From Promethearchaeota archaeon (GTDB taxonomy: Archaea > Asgardarchaeota > Lokiarchaeia > Sigyniarchaeales > SOKP01): DNA of 43,582 nt. The notes beneath the pieces were generated by a model, which was not told where the DNA came from, searched no databases, and saw nothing but the letters and a program-made list of their open reading frames with translations. The stretch covers positions 1-43,582 of the forward strand of contig JBHLMQ010000024.1 of NCBI GenBank assembly GCA_048938005.1. The letters are read 5' to 3'. Positions 1-9,546 of this stretch are shown piece by piece (the stretch's first letter is position 1; each line of letters opens with the position of its first letter). The position numbers and the translations under genes are program-made.

Positions 1-147
1 TATGCAATTCATTGTCGAGTTAAACGTCTAAAAGAAATTGTGAAATTGAAATTAAGAACTAAAAAAACTCTTTTTACATTTAAAACAGATCCAACAACAG
101 CAGAGAGATTACTAAGAGATATTAGTTGCGATATAATAGAATTATAA
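1..147 (+). CDS. rpl38e: 50S ribosomal protein eL38 (5'-truncated by window edge)
   Basis: Frame 1 reads YAIHCRVKRLKEIVKLKLRTKKTLFTFKTDPTTAERLLRDISCDIIEL*; the VKLKLRTKKTLFT segment resembles the eL38 KxKxRxxRxLYT motif. Not in the ORF track. Confidence 0.8.
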   Translation, partial: YAIHCRVKRLKEIVKLKLRTKKTLFTFKTDPTTAERLLRDISCDIIEL

Positions 148-380
148 AGTCTACTTATTTTAAACGCAATTAATTTACTCCACTCAATAAATCGGAGAAA
201 AATTTTCTCCAAAATCAAATCAAAAAAAACGATAGAATAGAAGATAATAAACTTTAAACCTGAGTTTTTTGAAAAAGTTAATTATAAATTATTTTACTTT
301 TATTTTAAACATAAAGTAGTTATTGAAAAATTAAGAAAAGAACAAAAATTTGAATATTATAAAATTAAGATAATTTAACG

Positions 381-1301
381 ATGATTCAAGCTTTATATAT
401 TTTTCAGACTAGTTCAAAAGATCTTATATATAATAAGAATTTTCAAAGTGATGAAAAATTAGAGATGTTTGATTCTTTTTTTTCGGCGCTCCAGACTTTT
501 GTATCAGAACTTACTGAAAGCAGTACAGAATCATTAAATACAATTGAATTGGGAGAATATTTTGTATTAATTACCCGAATACCTGAAATAATTTCAGATC
601 TAGTTATTATTGCCGATAAGGATGATATAAAAGAAGTCCAAAAATTAATCCCTGAAATAAATAAGATTATACTTGGTCATCAAGATTTATTTGTTAATTG
701 GGATCGTAAACCAGAAAGACTAGAAATGTTTGATTTAAAAATTATACAGCTAATTCTTTCAAATAAAAAACTCATAGCAGGATCATCTCTAACTGCTGAC
801 CAAAGTACAATTTTAAAGTCGATATGGGAACAAAAAGGTACCTTATCCGAACAGATACGGGAAGATTTACAAAAAGAAAGAGATGAATTGGAAATTAAAT
901 ATTCAGTAGAAGAGAATTTCATTAACAAATACGATATATCAAAGCAATTGATTGAAATATCTGAAAAACTTCACGATGACGAGATGTTTATAGAATATCA
1001 AACAGAAGCTAAATCTCTTAGAGATGAAATTAAGGATCGAAAATTAAGATTGAAATATTATTTAGATAGAATTAAAGAATCCTTGGAATATTCAAAATAT
1101 GCGGAAATATACTCTTATCTTTATTCTTTTTGTATTAAACTTCAAAATTTTGCAGAAGCTCCTAATATAGAGAAATATAAATCCCTTGCCAAAATAATAC
1201 TTAATAGAAATAAAATCCCTAAAGAAGAATTTAAAGAAGCACTTAAACGTATATCAATGATCGAAAAAGAAATAAATGAATATCTTTCATTGGGCTCATA
1301 A
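381..1301 (+). CDS. Longin-like N-terminal domain plus coiled-coil/helical C-terminal protein
   Basis: N-terminus 'MIQALYIF...LIYNKNF...MFDSFFSALQTFVSEL...LNTIELG' follows the longin/roadblock-type pattern common in Asgard proteins; charged helical C-terminal half. Confidence 0.55.
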   Translation: MIQALYIFQTSSKDLIYNKNFQSDEKLEMFDSFFSALQTFVSELTESSTESLNTIELGEYFVLITRIPEIISDLVIIADKDDIKEVQKLIPEINKIILGHQDLFVNWDRKPERLEMFDLKIIQLILSNKKLIAGSSLTADQSTILKSIWEQKGTLSEQIREDLQKERDELEIKYSVEENFINKYDISKQLIEISEKLHDDEMFIEYQTEAKSLRDEIKDRKLRLKYYLDRIKESLEYSKYAEIYSYLYSFCIKLQNFAEAPNIEKYKSLAKIILNRNKIPKEEFKEALKRISMIEKEINEYLSLGS

Positions 1302-1526
1302 TTATATTTTTTAAGTTTAAAAATCGAAATGTTATTGGTTTTATCCATTTTTTAATGAAAGAATGATTTATTTGTAGGAATCTAATCCTTTTTAAATACA
1401 AAGTTTAAGAATTCTTATCAAAAAATTAATTAACCATTTTTAATAGATATCAATCACTATACTATTTATCAAAACGATATAATAGAATAATACTAAAGTT
1501 GGGATATTTAATCTGGTTTAAAACAA

Positions 1527-2039
1527 ATGAAAGTTCTTCCAGCAGATAAGACATGTATAAATTCTGGTTTTTTATGCACTAATTGTCAAGCTAGACTTGA
1601 TGCTGGAGAAATATCAGAATTTGAGATTGATTTAGCAAAAGATCTTATTCAATTAGAAGAACAAGAAGAAAATTTTGCTTTTCTAAAGGAAATTTCATTT
1701 TATAAAGCTATTGATTATGAAGACGTAGTAATATTAGTAGTTGGGAGGAAGGATAAATTAAAAATAACACCAGATTTGATATCTTGGATTAAAGAAACTT
1801 ATGAAATTGATGAGTTAATATTAATTGAAAAAACGAATAAACCACGCCCTGTAGTAGAAGCTTTAATTGCACCTAGTAAGTTAGTTTCTTTAAATGAGAT
1901 ATTTTTAGCAACTGGTGATATTCAATTCAGAGCTGTTCTATGGGAAGATGATAAGGATAAGATTTTGTTTACTAAAGAAGAACTCGAAGAATTGATACAA
2001 GAATTAACAGGAAATATTACTAGAGTAGAATTTCAATAA
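1527..2039 (+). CDS. Archaeal NusA-like transcription elongation factor (Cys-rich N-terminus)
   Basis: N-terminal CxxSGxLCxxCQ motif and a degenerate KH-like region; lies upstream of pth2-truD as is common in archaea. Confidence 0.7.
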   Translation: MKVLPADKTCINSGFLCTNCQARLDAGEISEFEIDLAKDLIQLEEQEENFAFLKEISFYKAIDYEDVVILVVGRKDKLKITPDLISWIKETYEIDELILIEKTNKPRPVVEALIAPSKLVSLNEIFLATGDIQFRAVLWEDDKDKILFTKEELEELIQELTGNITRVEFQ

Positions 2040-2086
2040 TTAGTAATATTTAATTAGCTAATTTCTTAATATTTAATAGATTTGCC

Positions 2087-2443
2087 TTGGACGAATATAA
2101 ACAAGTCATTTTAGTAAGAACAGATTTAAAAATGAGTACTGGCAAAAAATGTGCTCAATCATCTCATGCGAGTGTTTCTGCTTCAGATTTAGTACGTGTT
2201 CAAAATAAGAATATTTGGAAGAATTGGAAAAATACAGGTCAGAAAAAAGTAGTCCTTAAAATACAAAGTATAGAACAATTAAAAGAAATTGTCGTTAAAC
2301 TTGAATCTAATAAACTTCCATATTTCATTGTCAATGATGCCGGCTTAACTCAATTACCACCTGGCACGACAACTGCAGTTGGCATTGGTCCTGCTTTATC
2401 AACTAAGATAGATAAAATAACTGGAGATTTAAAATTATTATAA
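2087..2443 (+). CDS. pth2: Peptidyl-tRNA hydrolase Pth2
   Basis: [51 protein letters not shown] and TGDLKLL motifs; TTG start. Confidence 0.95.
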   Translation: MDEYKQVILVRTDLKMSTGKKCAQSSHASVSASDLVRVQNKNIWKNWKNTGQKKVVLKIQSIEQLKEIVVKLESNKLPYFIVNDAGLTQLPPGTTTAVGIGPALSTKIDKITGDLKLL

Positions 2444-2466
2444 TAGTAAAACTATAGGCTAAAAAA

Positions 2467-3852
2467 TTGTTTAAACAGGAAATAGATTCTTATTCTTTTA
2501 GGGAAAATAATGAAAGAGAAGTTGAAAAGTTTGTAGGAATTGAAGTTTTTACTACACATGAAATTAAGGGAATAGGAGGAGAATATAAGAAAAATTTCAA
2601 GGATTTTATTGTAAGAGAGATTACTAATAATGGAAAGATCATTGACATTAAAGAAGATTATAAAACTCACCCTTTTTCTGAAGAATTAAAGGATAAATAT
2701 ACAACATTCAATTTAATAAAAATTAATAAAGACACATTTGAAGCCATAAGACAGATTAGTAAAGCTTTAAAAATTCCTTATAGTTCAATCAATTATTCAG
2801 GATTAAAAGACAAATTTTCCATTTCGGCTCAAAAAATCTCCATAAAAGGAGACTACATTAAAAAATTAAAGAATCTAAAATTAAGAGATATTTATATCAG
2901 AAATATATATCCAACAAAAAAATCGGTTAAATTAGGAAGTCACTGGGGTAATCATTTTACAATTATATTAAGAAACGTTGTCGATAATTTTAGGCTAAAA
3001 AGTAGCATAGAGAAATGTATAAATTTTTTAAACACTTATGGATTTCCAAACTATTTTGGACTTCAAAGATTTGGAATTTTTAGACCTAATTCACATATTG
3101 TTGGTCGTTGTATTCTTGAAGGTAAATTTAAGAAAGGATTTGAAGAATTTGTATCAACAACTTATTCAACAGAGTCTCTAGAATCAAAATTAGCTAGGAG
3201 AGAATTTAGAAATACCAGAAATCTTGAGAAAGCGTATGAAAATTTCCCAAAAAGTCTAAAATACGAAAGAAATATGATCAATTATTTAATTGAACACCCA
3301 AACGATTATGAAGGCAGTATTAATGCTCTATCCTCTGATTTAAAAACATTATTAATCAGTTCCTTTCAATCTTATCTATTTAATAAGATGCTTTCCATAA
3401 GAGTGCAGAAAGGTTTTCCTTTATTTAAGCCATTAAAGGGTGATGTCATTAGTATATTAGATGATTTTAATGGAAATATAACACAAGTAAAATACATTTA
3501 TGGGGGTTCTTATGATAGGTATTTGAAGAAAGCACTAAATCTAAATCGAGCTATAATAGCAATCCCTATCATTGGTACCAATACAAATTTAGATGAATTT
3601 CCATTAATGAAACTAATATTCGAAGAAATATTAAAGCAAGAAGACATAAATAAAAACATATTTAATAATAAACTTCCAATTAACCAAGAATTTAAAGGTT
3701 CTATTAGAGCAATGATTGCTAAACCGACTGCGCTAAAATTGTTAGAATTGACTGATGATGAGCTTAATCCTGGAATGAAAAAAGTTAAATTGGAATTTTC
3801 TCTTCAAAAGGGAAGTTATGCAACAATATTAATTAGAGAACTCATTAAATAA
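2467..3852 (+). CDS. truD: tRNA pseudouridine(13) synthase TruD
   Basis: DFIVRE, SGLKDK (catalytic Asp), GNHFTI, FPNYFGLQRFG, SFQSYLFN and FSLQKGSYAT motifs. Confidence 0.95.
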   Translation: MFKQEIDSYSFRENNEREVEKFVGIEVFTTHEIKGIGGEYKKNFKDFIVREITNNGKIIDIKEDYKTHPFSEELKDKYTTFNLIKINKDTFEAIRQISKALKIPYSSINYSGLKDKFSISAQKISIKGDYIKKLKNLKLRDIYIRNIYPTKKSVKLGSHWGNHFTIILRNVVDNFRLKSSIEKCINFLNTYGFPNYFGLQRFGIFRPNSHIVGRCILEGKFKKGFEEFVSTTYSTESLESKLARREFRNTRNLEKAYENFPKSLKYERNMINYLIEHPNDYEGSINALSSDLKTLLISSFQSYLFNKMLSIRVQKGFPLFKPLKGDVISILDDFNGNITQVKYIYGGSYDRYLKKALNLNRAIIAIPIIGTNTNLDEFPLMKLIFEEILKQEDINKNIFNNKLPINQEFKGSIRAMIAKPTALKLLELTDDELNPGMKKVKLEFSLQKGSYATILIRELIK

Positions 3853-5332
3853 TTTTAATCCTATATGATCTTATAGATTCAATCCCAAAAATATCTATTA
3901 CTTTTATTAACACATTATAATTTCCTGGTTTATCATAGTGATATGAGTCTGATTTTAATGTCAATATCCTGATTTTTGGGGTTCTGAAAGAAAACCACAT
4001 ATTTTTAAAAATATTATTTTGGGAATTAAAATCAATAGCCCAATAATCAATCCAATCTGAAAATGATTTTATATTCCTTTTAACTTTCTCAGATATCAAA
4101 TGGCTAAAAGGTATAATATAATCAAGTAATTCTACCATAATTTTATTTTTATTTTGATGGATTTTTACGTTCAAATCTGGGATTTCTTTAATTTGAAATC
4201 CGTTTTTATATTGATTATCTTTAGACAAAAACCCATTGGGTATTGAATTTAATTTATCGTTCTTTTCAATACATAAAAGTTTGAAAGATTGAGGATTTTT
4301 ATTATACATCTTTCTCCAATTTAAAATATCATTGCTTTTATTCAAGTTAAGAATTCTTTTCCTTGTCATATGAATCGCAAGTTTATTTGAATCGCACCCT
4401 ATCCAATGTCTTCCAAGTTTTTCAGCTACAACTAACGTAGTACCTGAGCCTGAAAAAAAATCTGCTACAAGATCACCTTCATTTGTTGATGCTAAAATAA
4501 TTCTTTTTAAAAGACGTTCCGGTTTTTGGGTAGAAAACCCTTGGTATTCTGAAGTATTCGCCCTAATATAAGGAATATCATTCCAGACATCTCTAGGGAA
4601 GATACCTTCCTTTTCTATGTATACTTTCCTTGACAACTTTTTTCCATTATGACTCCCACCTCTATAATAATATATACCTTTATTATCTTTCTTTAATGCA
4701 TTTTTGACTCGATCAGAAAATTCTTGGTATATTTTAGGATCATCATTAAAATTATAATCATCAGATTTTGAATAGAAAAGAATTGTATCATAAGATCTCA
4801 TAAAAAACCGTCTTGTTTTAACTGAAGCGGCGGGATACGCCCATATTATCTCGTTTCTAAAATTTTCAATTCCAAAAATCTCATCCATTATTATTTTTAT
4901 ATAATGAGATATGTGCCAATCTAAATGTATATATATTGAACCATTATGCGCTAATAACTCTTTCATTAAGATAAGCCTTTTATGTAAAAAGTCTAAATAA
5001 GCGTCTAATCCCTCTCCCCACTTATCTCTATAGGCAATCTGATCCACATATTTTCCAACTTCTCCTATTTGAATCTTAAGATTGAAATCTCCTCCTGTAG
5101 CAAACGGAGGATCAATGTATATAAGAGAGATTTTATTTTTGAAGTTTTCTAACAATGAATTCATTACTGTCTTATTCTCTCCCCAAATCAATAGATTTTG
5201 CCAGTTTTGTTCCGATTTAGTATTAATACTGATAGAAGGATAAATATCAAGAATACGGAAAGGAGTAGTTTCATATATTTTTGAAAAATTATCTTTTCTA
5301 TTCAATTTTCCTTTCCAATTCAAATTTACCAT
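3845..5332 (-). CDS. Site-specific DNA amino-methyltransferase (N6/N4, beta class, Type III Mod-like)
   Basis: IYIDPPF catalytic motif precedes TQKPERLL and the DFFSGSGTT SAM-binding motif; C-terminal 'IDYWAIDF...VKVIDIFG'-type tail (IKVIDIFG here). ATG at 5332 preferred over TTG at 5353. Confidence 0.9.
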   Translation of the reverse strand: MVNLNWKGKLNRKDNFSKIYETTPFRILDIYPSISINTKSEQNWQNLLIWGENKTVMNSLLENFKNKISLIYIDPPFATGGDFNLKIQIGEVGKYVDQIAYRDKWGEGLDAYLDFLHKRLILMKELLAHNGSIYIHLDWHISHYIKIIMDEIFGIENFRNEIIWAYPAASVKTRRFFMRSYDTILFYSKSDDYNFNDDPKIYQEFSDRVKNALKKDNKGIYYYRGGSHNGKKLSRKVYIEKEGIFPRDVWNDIPYIRANTSEYQGFSTQKPERLLKRIILASTNEGDLVADFFSGSGTTLVVAEKLGRHWIGCDSNKLAIHMTRKRILNLNKSNDILNWRKMYNKNPQSFKLLCIEKNDKLNSIPNGFLSKDNQYKNGFQIKEIPDLNVKIHQNKNKIMVELLDYIIPFSHLISEKVKRNIKSFSDWIDYWAIDFNSQNNIFKNMWFSFRTPKIRILTLKSDSYHYDKPGNYNVLIKVIDIFGIESIRSYRIKII

Positions 5333-5420
5333 AAATATAAGATAAGAAGGCAAAAATTTTATTTTTATTTTAATTTTAAAAATTATATTCTTAAAAATTA
5401 TATTTGAGAAAATTTTAAGA

Positions 5421-6755
5421 GTGGATAGGAAATTGCAGCTTGATGATTTAGGAGATTGGAGAAAAAGTCATTACACTAAAGATGTTACTCCAGATTTAGC
5501 AGGTAAAGAAGTTATTTTAGGGGGATGGGTTCGTAATTATAGAAATCTTGGGGGTTTAAAATTCATCTCTCTCCAAGATAAATATGGAGAACGCCAAATA
5601 ACTTTAAAAAAGGGGTTTGTATCTGATAATGTGTTTGATAAAGCGAAAGTTGGATATCAATACTGTCTTATGGTAAAGGGAGTTGTAAAAGCATTCAATG
5701 AAGCACCAGGAGGAATTGAAATAATACCATCTGAAATAAAAATATTAAATACAACACCTGATAAGCTTCCTATAGATATGACAGGAGAAACAATATCAGA
5801 GCTAGATCTCAGATTAAATAATAGAGCTTTGGATCTTAGATCTCTTAAAAATCAAGCTGTTTTTGAAGTTAGAGGAGAAATGCTTAGATCTATTAGGAAA
5901 TTTTTATTTAATAGAGATTTTACTGAAATAACAACCCCAAAAATTATAAGTTCCGCAACAGAAGGAGGTACTGAGTTATTTCCTATAATATATTTTGAAA
6001 AAGAAGCATTTCTTACTCAATCTGCTCAATTATATAAAGAACAATTGAGTGGGGTATATGAAAGAGTTTTTGAGATAAGTGATTGTTTTAGAGCTGAAAA
6101 AAGCCGCACAAAAAGACATCTATGTGAGATTTTTACTTTAGATGTAGAAATGGGGTTTTCTACAATGAAAGATGTTCTTAAAATTTTGGAAGAAATGGTT
6201 CATAAAGTCATTAAAGATATTATAAAGAATCAGATGCCAGCAATAAAGTATTTAAAAATGGAAGATAAAACTACCGTGCCAGAAATTCCTTTTCCAAGGT
6301 ATAAATATGAAGAAATCATCAATTTAATTAATAAAAATTTTAAATTTGATATTGAGTTTGGAGAGGATATTTCTACTGAGGCTTATAGAAAGTTAGGCGA
6401 AGAATTAAAAGAGTATTACTATATAACTCATTGGCCAATGTCTATTAAGCCTTTTTATATTATGCCCTCAAAAAATCCTAAATATAGTGAATCTTTCGAT
6501 CTACAAAAAGGAATGTTAGAATTGAGTTCAGGAGGTACCAGAATTCACAATAAAGAGCAATTAATAAACGCTCTTGAAGAATCAGGGCTAAACTCCCTGG
6601 CGTTTAAATCACATCTTAATACATTCGAATATGGGATGCCTCCACATGGAGGGTTCGGACTGGGGATTGACAGATGGCTTACAATATTATGCGGATTGGA
6701 TGATATAAGAGAAGCAGTAATGTATCCAAGAACTCCTGACAGATTAACACCTTAA
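5421..6755 (+). CDS. aspS: Aspartate--tRNA ligase (archaeal type)
   Basis: OB-fold anticodon domain, [31 protein letters not shown] and [14 protein letters not shown] class IIb motifs; GTG start. Confidence 0.95.
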   Translation: MDRKLQLDDLGDWRKSHYTKDVTPDLAGKEVILGGWVRNYRNLGGLKFISLQDKYGERQITLKKGFVSDNVFDKAKVGYQYCLMVKGVVKAFNEAPGGIEIIPSEIKILNTTPDKLPIDMTGETISELDLRLNNRALDLRSLKNQAVFEVRGEMLRSIRKFLFNRDFTEITTPKIISSATEGGTELFPIIYFEKEAFLTQSAQLYKEQLSGVYERVFEISDCFRAEKSRTKRHLCEIFTLDVEMGFSTMKDVLKILEEMVHKVIKDIIKNQMPAIKYLKMEDKTTVPEIPFPRYKYEEIINLINKNFKFDIEFGEDISTEAYRKLGEELKEYYYITHWPMSIKPFYIMPSKNPKYSESFDLQKGMLELSSGGTRIHNKEQLINALEESGLNSLAFKSHLNTFEYGMPPHGGFGLGIDRWLTILCGLDDIREAVMYPRTPDRLTP

Positions 6756-6789
6756 ATTTACTTTATATTAATAAATTTATTGAAAAATA

Positions 6790-7707
6790 ATGACAAATAA
6801 TTATATTCAAGATTATATTAAAGCAGGAAAAGGAGTCATTGCTGCAAAGAAATTAGCAAAAAAGTTAATTAAACCAGGAGAATTACTTTTAGAAATTGCA
6901 AATAAATGTGAAGAGGAAATAATAAAAAATGGATGTGGACTTTCTTTCCCTATCAATATGTCTTTAAATGAAATTGCTGCTCATTATAGCCCTCCAATTG
7001 ATGATCAAACTAAAGTTCCAGAAAAAGGATTATTAAAAATTGATATTGGTGCCCATTATAATGGATATATAGCAGATTCTGCATTTACTATAAATATTGA
7101 TGAGGATCCTAAGCTTCAAAATTATATTGAAGCAGCAAAAGAAGCTCTTGAAGCTGCCATTCAGTTATTTAATCCAGGTGTTAAATTATATGAACTTGGT
7201 GAAGCCATTGCTCAAAAGATTATAAATCGAGGTTTACGTCCTATAACAAATTTAGGTGGCCATGAATTGAAGCAATATAATTTACACGCTGGACCTTTTA
7301 TTCCAAATTACAAGGATAAAATGCACAATCAAATATTAAAACTTGGAGATGCATATGCTTGTGAACCTTTTGCTACTTCTGGTGTAGGAAAAGTCGAGAA
7401 TGGGAAATATGCCTACATATTTCGATTTGTAAAAAGAATAAAAAAAAACATGCCATATGAACACTTAGGATATATGAATCAAATCGAGAAAAATTTTAGA
7501 CACCTTCCTTTTTCGCCACGATGGATAGAAAATAATAACCTTATACCTAAAAATAAAATACAGAGAACTATTGAATCTTTCATAGGAAAAAAAATTCTAG
7601 AGAAATACAATATTCTATTAGAAAAATCTAAAGAACCCGTAGCTCAAGAGGAGCATACTATTGTTATAAACATGGATGGGAATAGAATTGTCACTACTAA
7701 AGAATAA
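6790..7707 (+). CDS. map: Type II methionine aminopeptidase
   Basis: AAHYSP, KIDIGAHYNGYIADSAFT, NLGGH, ACEPFAT and AQEEHT metal-binding motifs. Confidence 0.95.
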   Translation: MTNNYIQDYIKAGKGVIAAKKLAKKLIKPGELLLEIANKCEEEIIKNGCGLSFPINMSLNEIAAHYSPPIDDQTKVPEKGLLKIDIGAHYNGYIADSAFTINIDEDPKLQNYIEAAKEALEAAIQLFNPGVKLYELGEAIAQKIINRGLRPITNLGGHELKQYNLHAGPFIPNYKDKMHNQILKLGDAYACEPFATSGVGKVENGKYAYIFRFVKRIKKNMPYEHLGYMNQIEKNFRHLPFSPRWIENNNLIPKNKIQRTIESFIGKKILEKYNILLEKSKEPVAQEEHTIVINMDGNRIVTTKE

Positions 7708-8551
7708 ATTTAAAGAAAAATTATCTGTTGTCATTTTATGTGCTGGAGAAGGAACGAGACTTAAAGAAATTACAAAGAACATACCTAAACCATTAATTAA
7801 AATAGAGCTATTAAATAATACTACAATTCTTAATCATCTTATTAATAATTTAATTTTTTTAGGAATAAAACAGATTGCTATAGTAATAGGTTATTTAGGT
7901 GATAGGATACGTGATTTCATTTCATCCATAATAAAAAATAATAGATCCTTAGAAGATAAATTGATAATAATTAATACAGAAAATCAATATAAATTAGGGC
8001 CATTATATTCTTTTTTATCTATAACTAATAATAAGATACTCTTTAATCCTGCTAATTCATATATAATGATCCCTGGGGATACAATCTTTCATTTGAGCAT
8101 ATTGAAAGAAGTTTTACTCATAATTTCTAAGAATTACCAGTTGATTCAAGACCATCCCTTCGTTTTTTATAGAAATATCAGATTAAAAACATTAAAAAAA
8201 ATTCATAATAGAATTAAATTAATTTCTACTGTTGAAGTAGAAAAAATTGGCTCAGAAATCGTTTTAAAAAAAATATCTCAGTTAAGAGTATGTGATATTC
8301 TTCCTATGGATGTTTTAAATCAATCTATTCCCATTTTTGCACTAAGTTATGACTTTATCAACGAAATCTTGAAATTAAAGGAAGAAATTCTAGTAAAAAC
8401 AGTTCGGGAGGCAATAAATCATATGATTATTAATGGAAAGAAGATTTTTGCTTTTGAAATTGAAAGTAAAGATTATTTTTATGATATTGATAATATAGAT
8501 GATTTAACTAACTTAAATAAAAAAAAAGAGGACAATAGGCGCTCCGATTAA
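7676..8551 (+). CDS. Nucleotidyltransferase (NTP_transferase/LicC-like family)
   Basis: VILCAGEGTRL...IPKPL N-terminal signature and C-terminal YDIDNIDD; true start may be TTG 7688. The 3' end overlaps the putative RNA antisense. Confidence 0.8.
   Translation: MGIELSLLKNKFKEKLSVVILCAGEGTRLKEITKNIPKPLIKIELLNNTTILNHLINNLIFLGIKQIAIVIGYLGDRIRDFISSIIKNNRSLEDKLIIINTENQYKLGPLYSFLSITNNKILFNPANSYIMIPGDTIFHLSILKEVLLIISKNYQLIQDHPFVFYRNIRLKTLKKIHNRIKLISTVEVEKIGSEIVLKKISQLRVCDILPMDVLNQSIPIFALSYDFINEILKLKEEILVKTVREAINHMIINGKKIFAFEIESKDYFYDIDNIDDLTNLNKKKEDNRRSD
8519..8527 (-). terminator. Oligo-U terminator after the 3' closing helix of the putative ncRNA
   Basis: A9 run on plus (U9 on minus) immediately follows CCTATTGTCCTC. 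Confidence 0.45.
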
Positions 8552-9020
8552 TCTAAGTATAATTGATTCAAAGGAATTAAAGAGGCATAATCCAATGAAG
8601 CAATTATGAAATCAAAGCTCCTATATATATCAATTCCGATTTAATGTAATAAAAGTCCTATTGTCTCAGGTACCATAAAAAAATACGGTAATATTCAACT
8701 AGAGTTCTAGTTTTAATGTTAGGTTGTCTTAGATTCCAAAAATGTGCAAATTAAATCGAGAATTTATTGAAATACTTTAAATCCTGCTCCAAAGTGCTGA
8801 ATTAATCATGTTTCTTCTGTATAATTTATTTAGTGTGTTTTAAGCACTACAGGAACAAATGAAAAATGTGAATTATTTTTATGATAGTATTTTGAATCCT
8901 CAGAATCTAAAAAAAAAAATTATCGGAAATTAAGGATCAATTCAATTTGTGTATACAACTAATCCGGTGTGCAAACCGTAATTGTGTATCTAATTCCAAT
9001 GCAAAACAGACCTATTGTCC
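8528..9020 (-). ncRNA. Putative large structured non-coding RNA (~490 nt), family unknown
   Basis: No ORF in the ORF track across 8552-9163. Minus-strand 5' GGACAATAGG (9020-9011) is perfectly complementary to 3' CCTATTGTCC (8539-8530), which is followed by a U-tract. TATA box about 24 nt upstream. At least 8 internal helices, several with G-U pairs that only form on the minus strand. Confidence 0.6.
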
Positions 9021-9043
9021 AGATAAATATATGATAATTTTAC

Positions 9044-9051
9044 TATTTAAA
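9044..9051 (-). promoter_or_regulatory. Archaeal TATA box (TTTAAATA) for the putative ncRNA
   Basis: Minus-strand TTTAAATA ends 24 nt upstream of the G at 9020, a typical archaeal spacing. The AT-rich background weakens the call. Confidence 0.45.
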
Positions 9052-9163
9052 TCTTGTTATTAATGGAAATAAAGTCTTTACTAATTATTTTAACAAAAAT
9101 ATAATAAATTTAAGATTTTATTTAAATTAATATAAATATCAGAGAATATATTATTTATAAAAT

Positions 9164-9541
9164 ATGAGTGTACCAATAAAGATTGATTTATTCGGAATTG
9201 GCACAATAGAAGGTGATATTATTCGTCATATTGCACCCCTTACTGCTGATGCAATAATTGATAAATTACCTTTTAATTTAAGAGGAAGATTTAGTTTTGG
9301 TTCAAAAAAATATTGGACTTTACCTGGTTTAGAAATTCATAAAGGAACTAATCCTAAATCAAAAACTAATGCTGAAAAAGGTGACATTCTTTATAATCCT
9401 AAAACTGATGAATTAATAATAGTTATTGAAGACATTGAAATGCCAAATAAAGTGAATAAAATTGGGAAAATAAATACTAACATTGAAATACTATTAAAAG
9501 CAAGGAACGGATTAAATACTAAATTATCAAAAAAGCAATAA
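9164..9541 (+). CDS. Cyclophilin-like fold protein (TM1367/DUF369-like)
   Basis: 'RHIAPLTADAIIDKLP...AEKGDILYNP...NKIGKI' matches the pattern of archaeal cyclophilin-like proteins. Confidence 0.65.
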   Translation: MSVPIKIDLFGIGTIEGDIIRHIAPLTADAIIDKLPFNLRGRFSFGSKKYWTLPGLEIHKGTNPKSKTNAEKGDILYNPKTDELIIVIEDIEMPNKVNKIGKINTNIEILLKARNGLNTKLSKKQ

Positions 9542-9546
9542 TAAAT

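Noticed and set aside
9-218. Minus-strand 69-aa ORF
   Set aside because: Shadow of the eL38 gene on the plus strand.
8528-9020. Identification of the structured region as RNase P RNA, SRP RNA, tmRNA or CRISPR
   Set aside because: No GAGGAAAGUCC core. The GGAGCAGG at about 8783-8790 lacks a GNRA-capped helix 8. No tRNA-like ends. The repeats are short and irregularly spaced.
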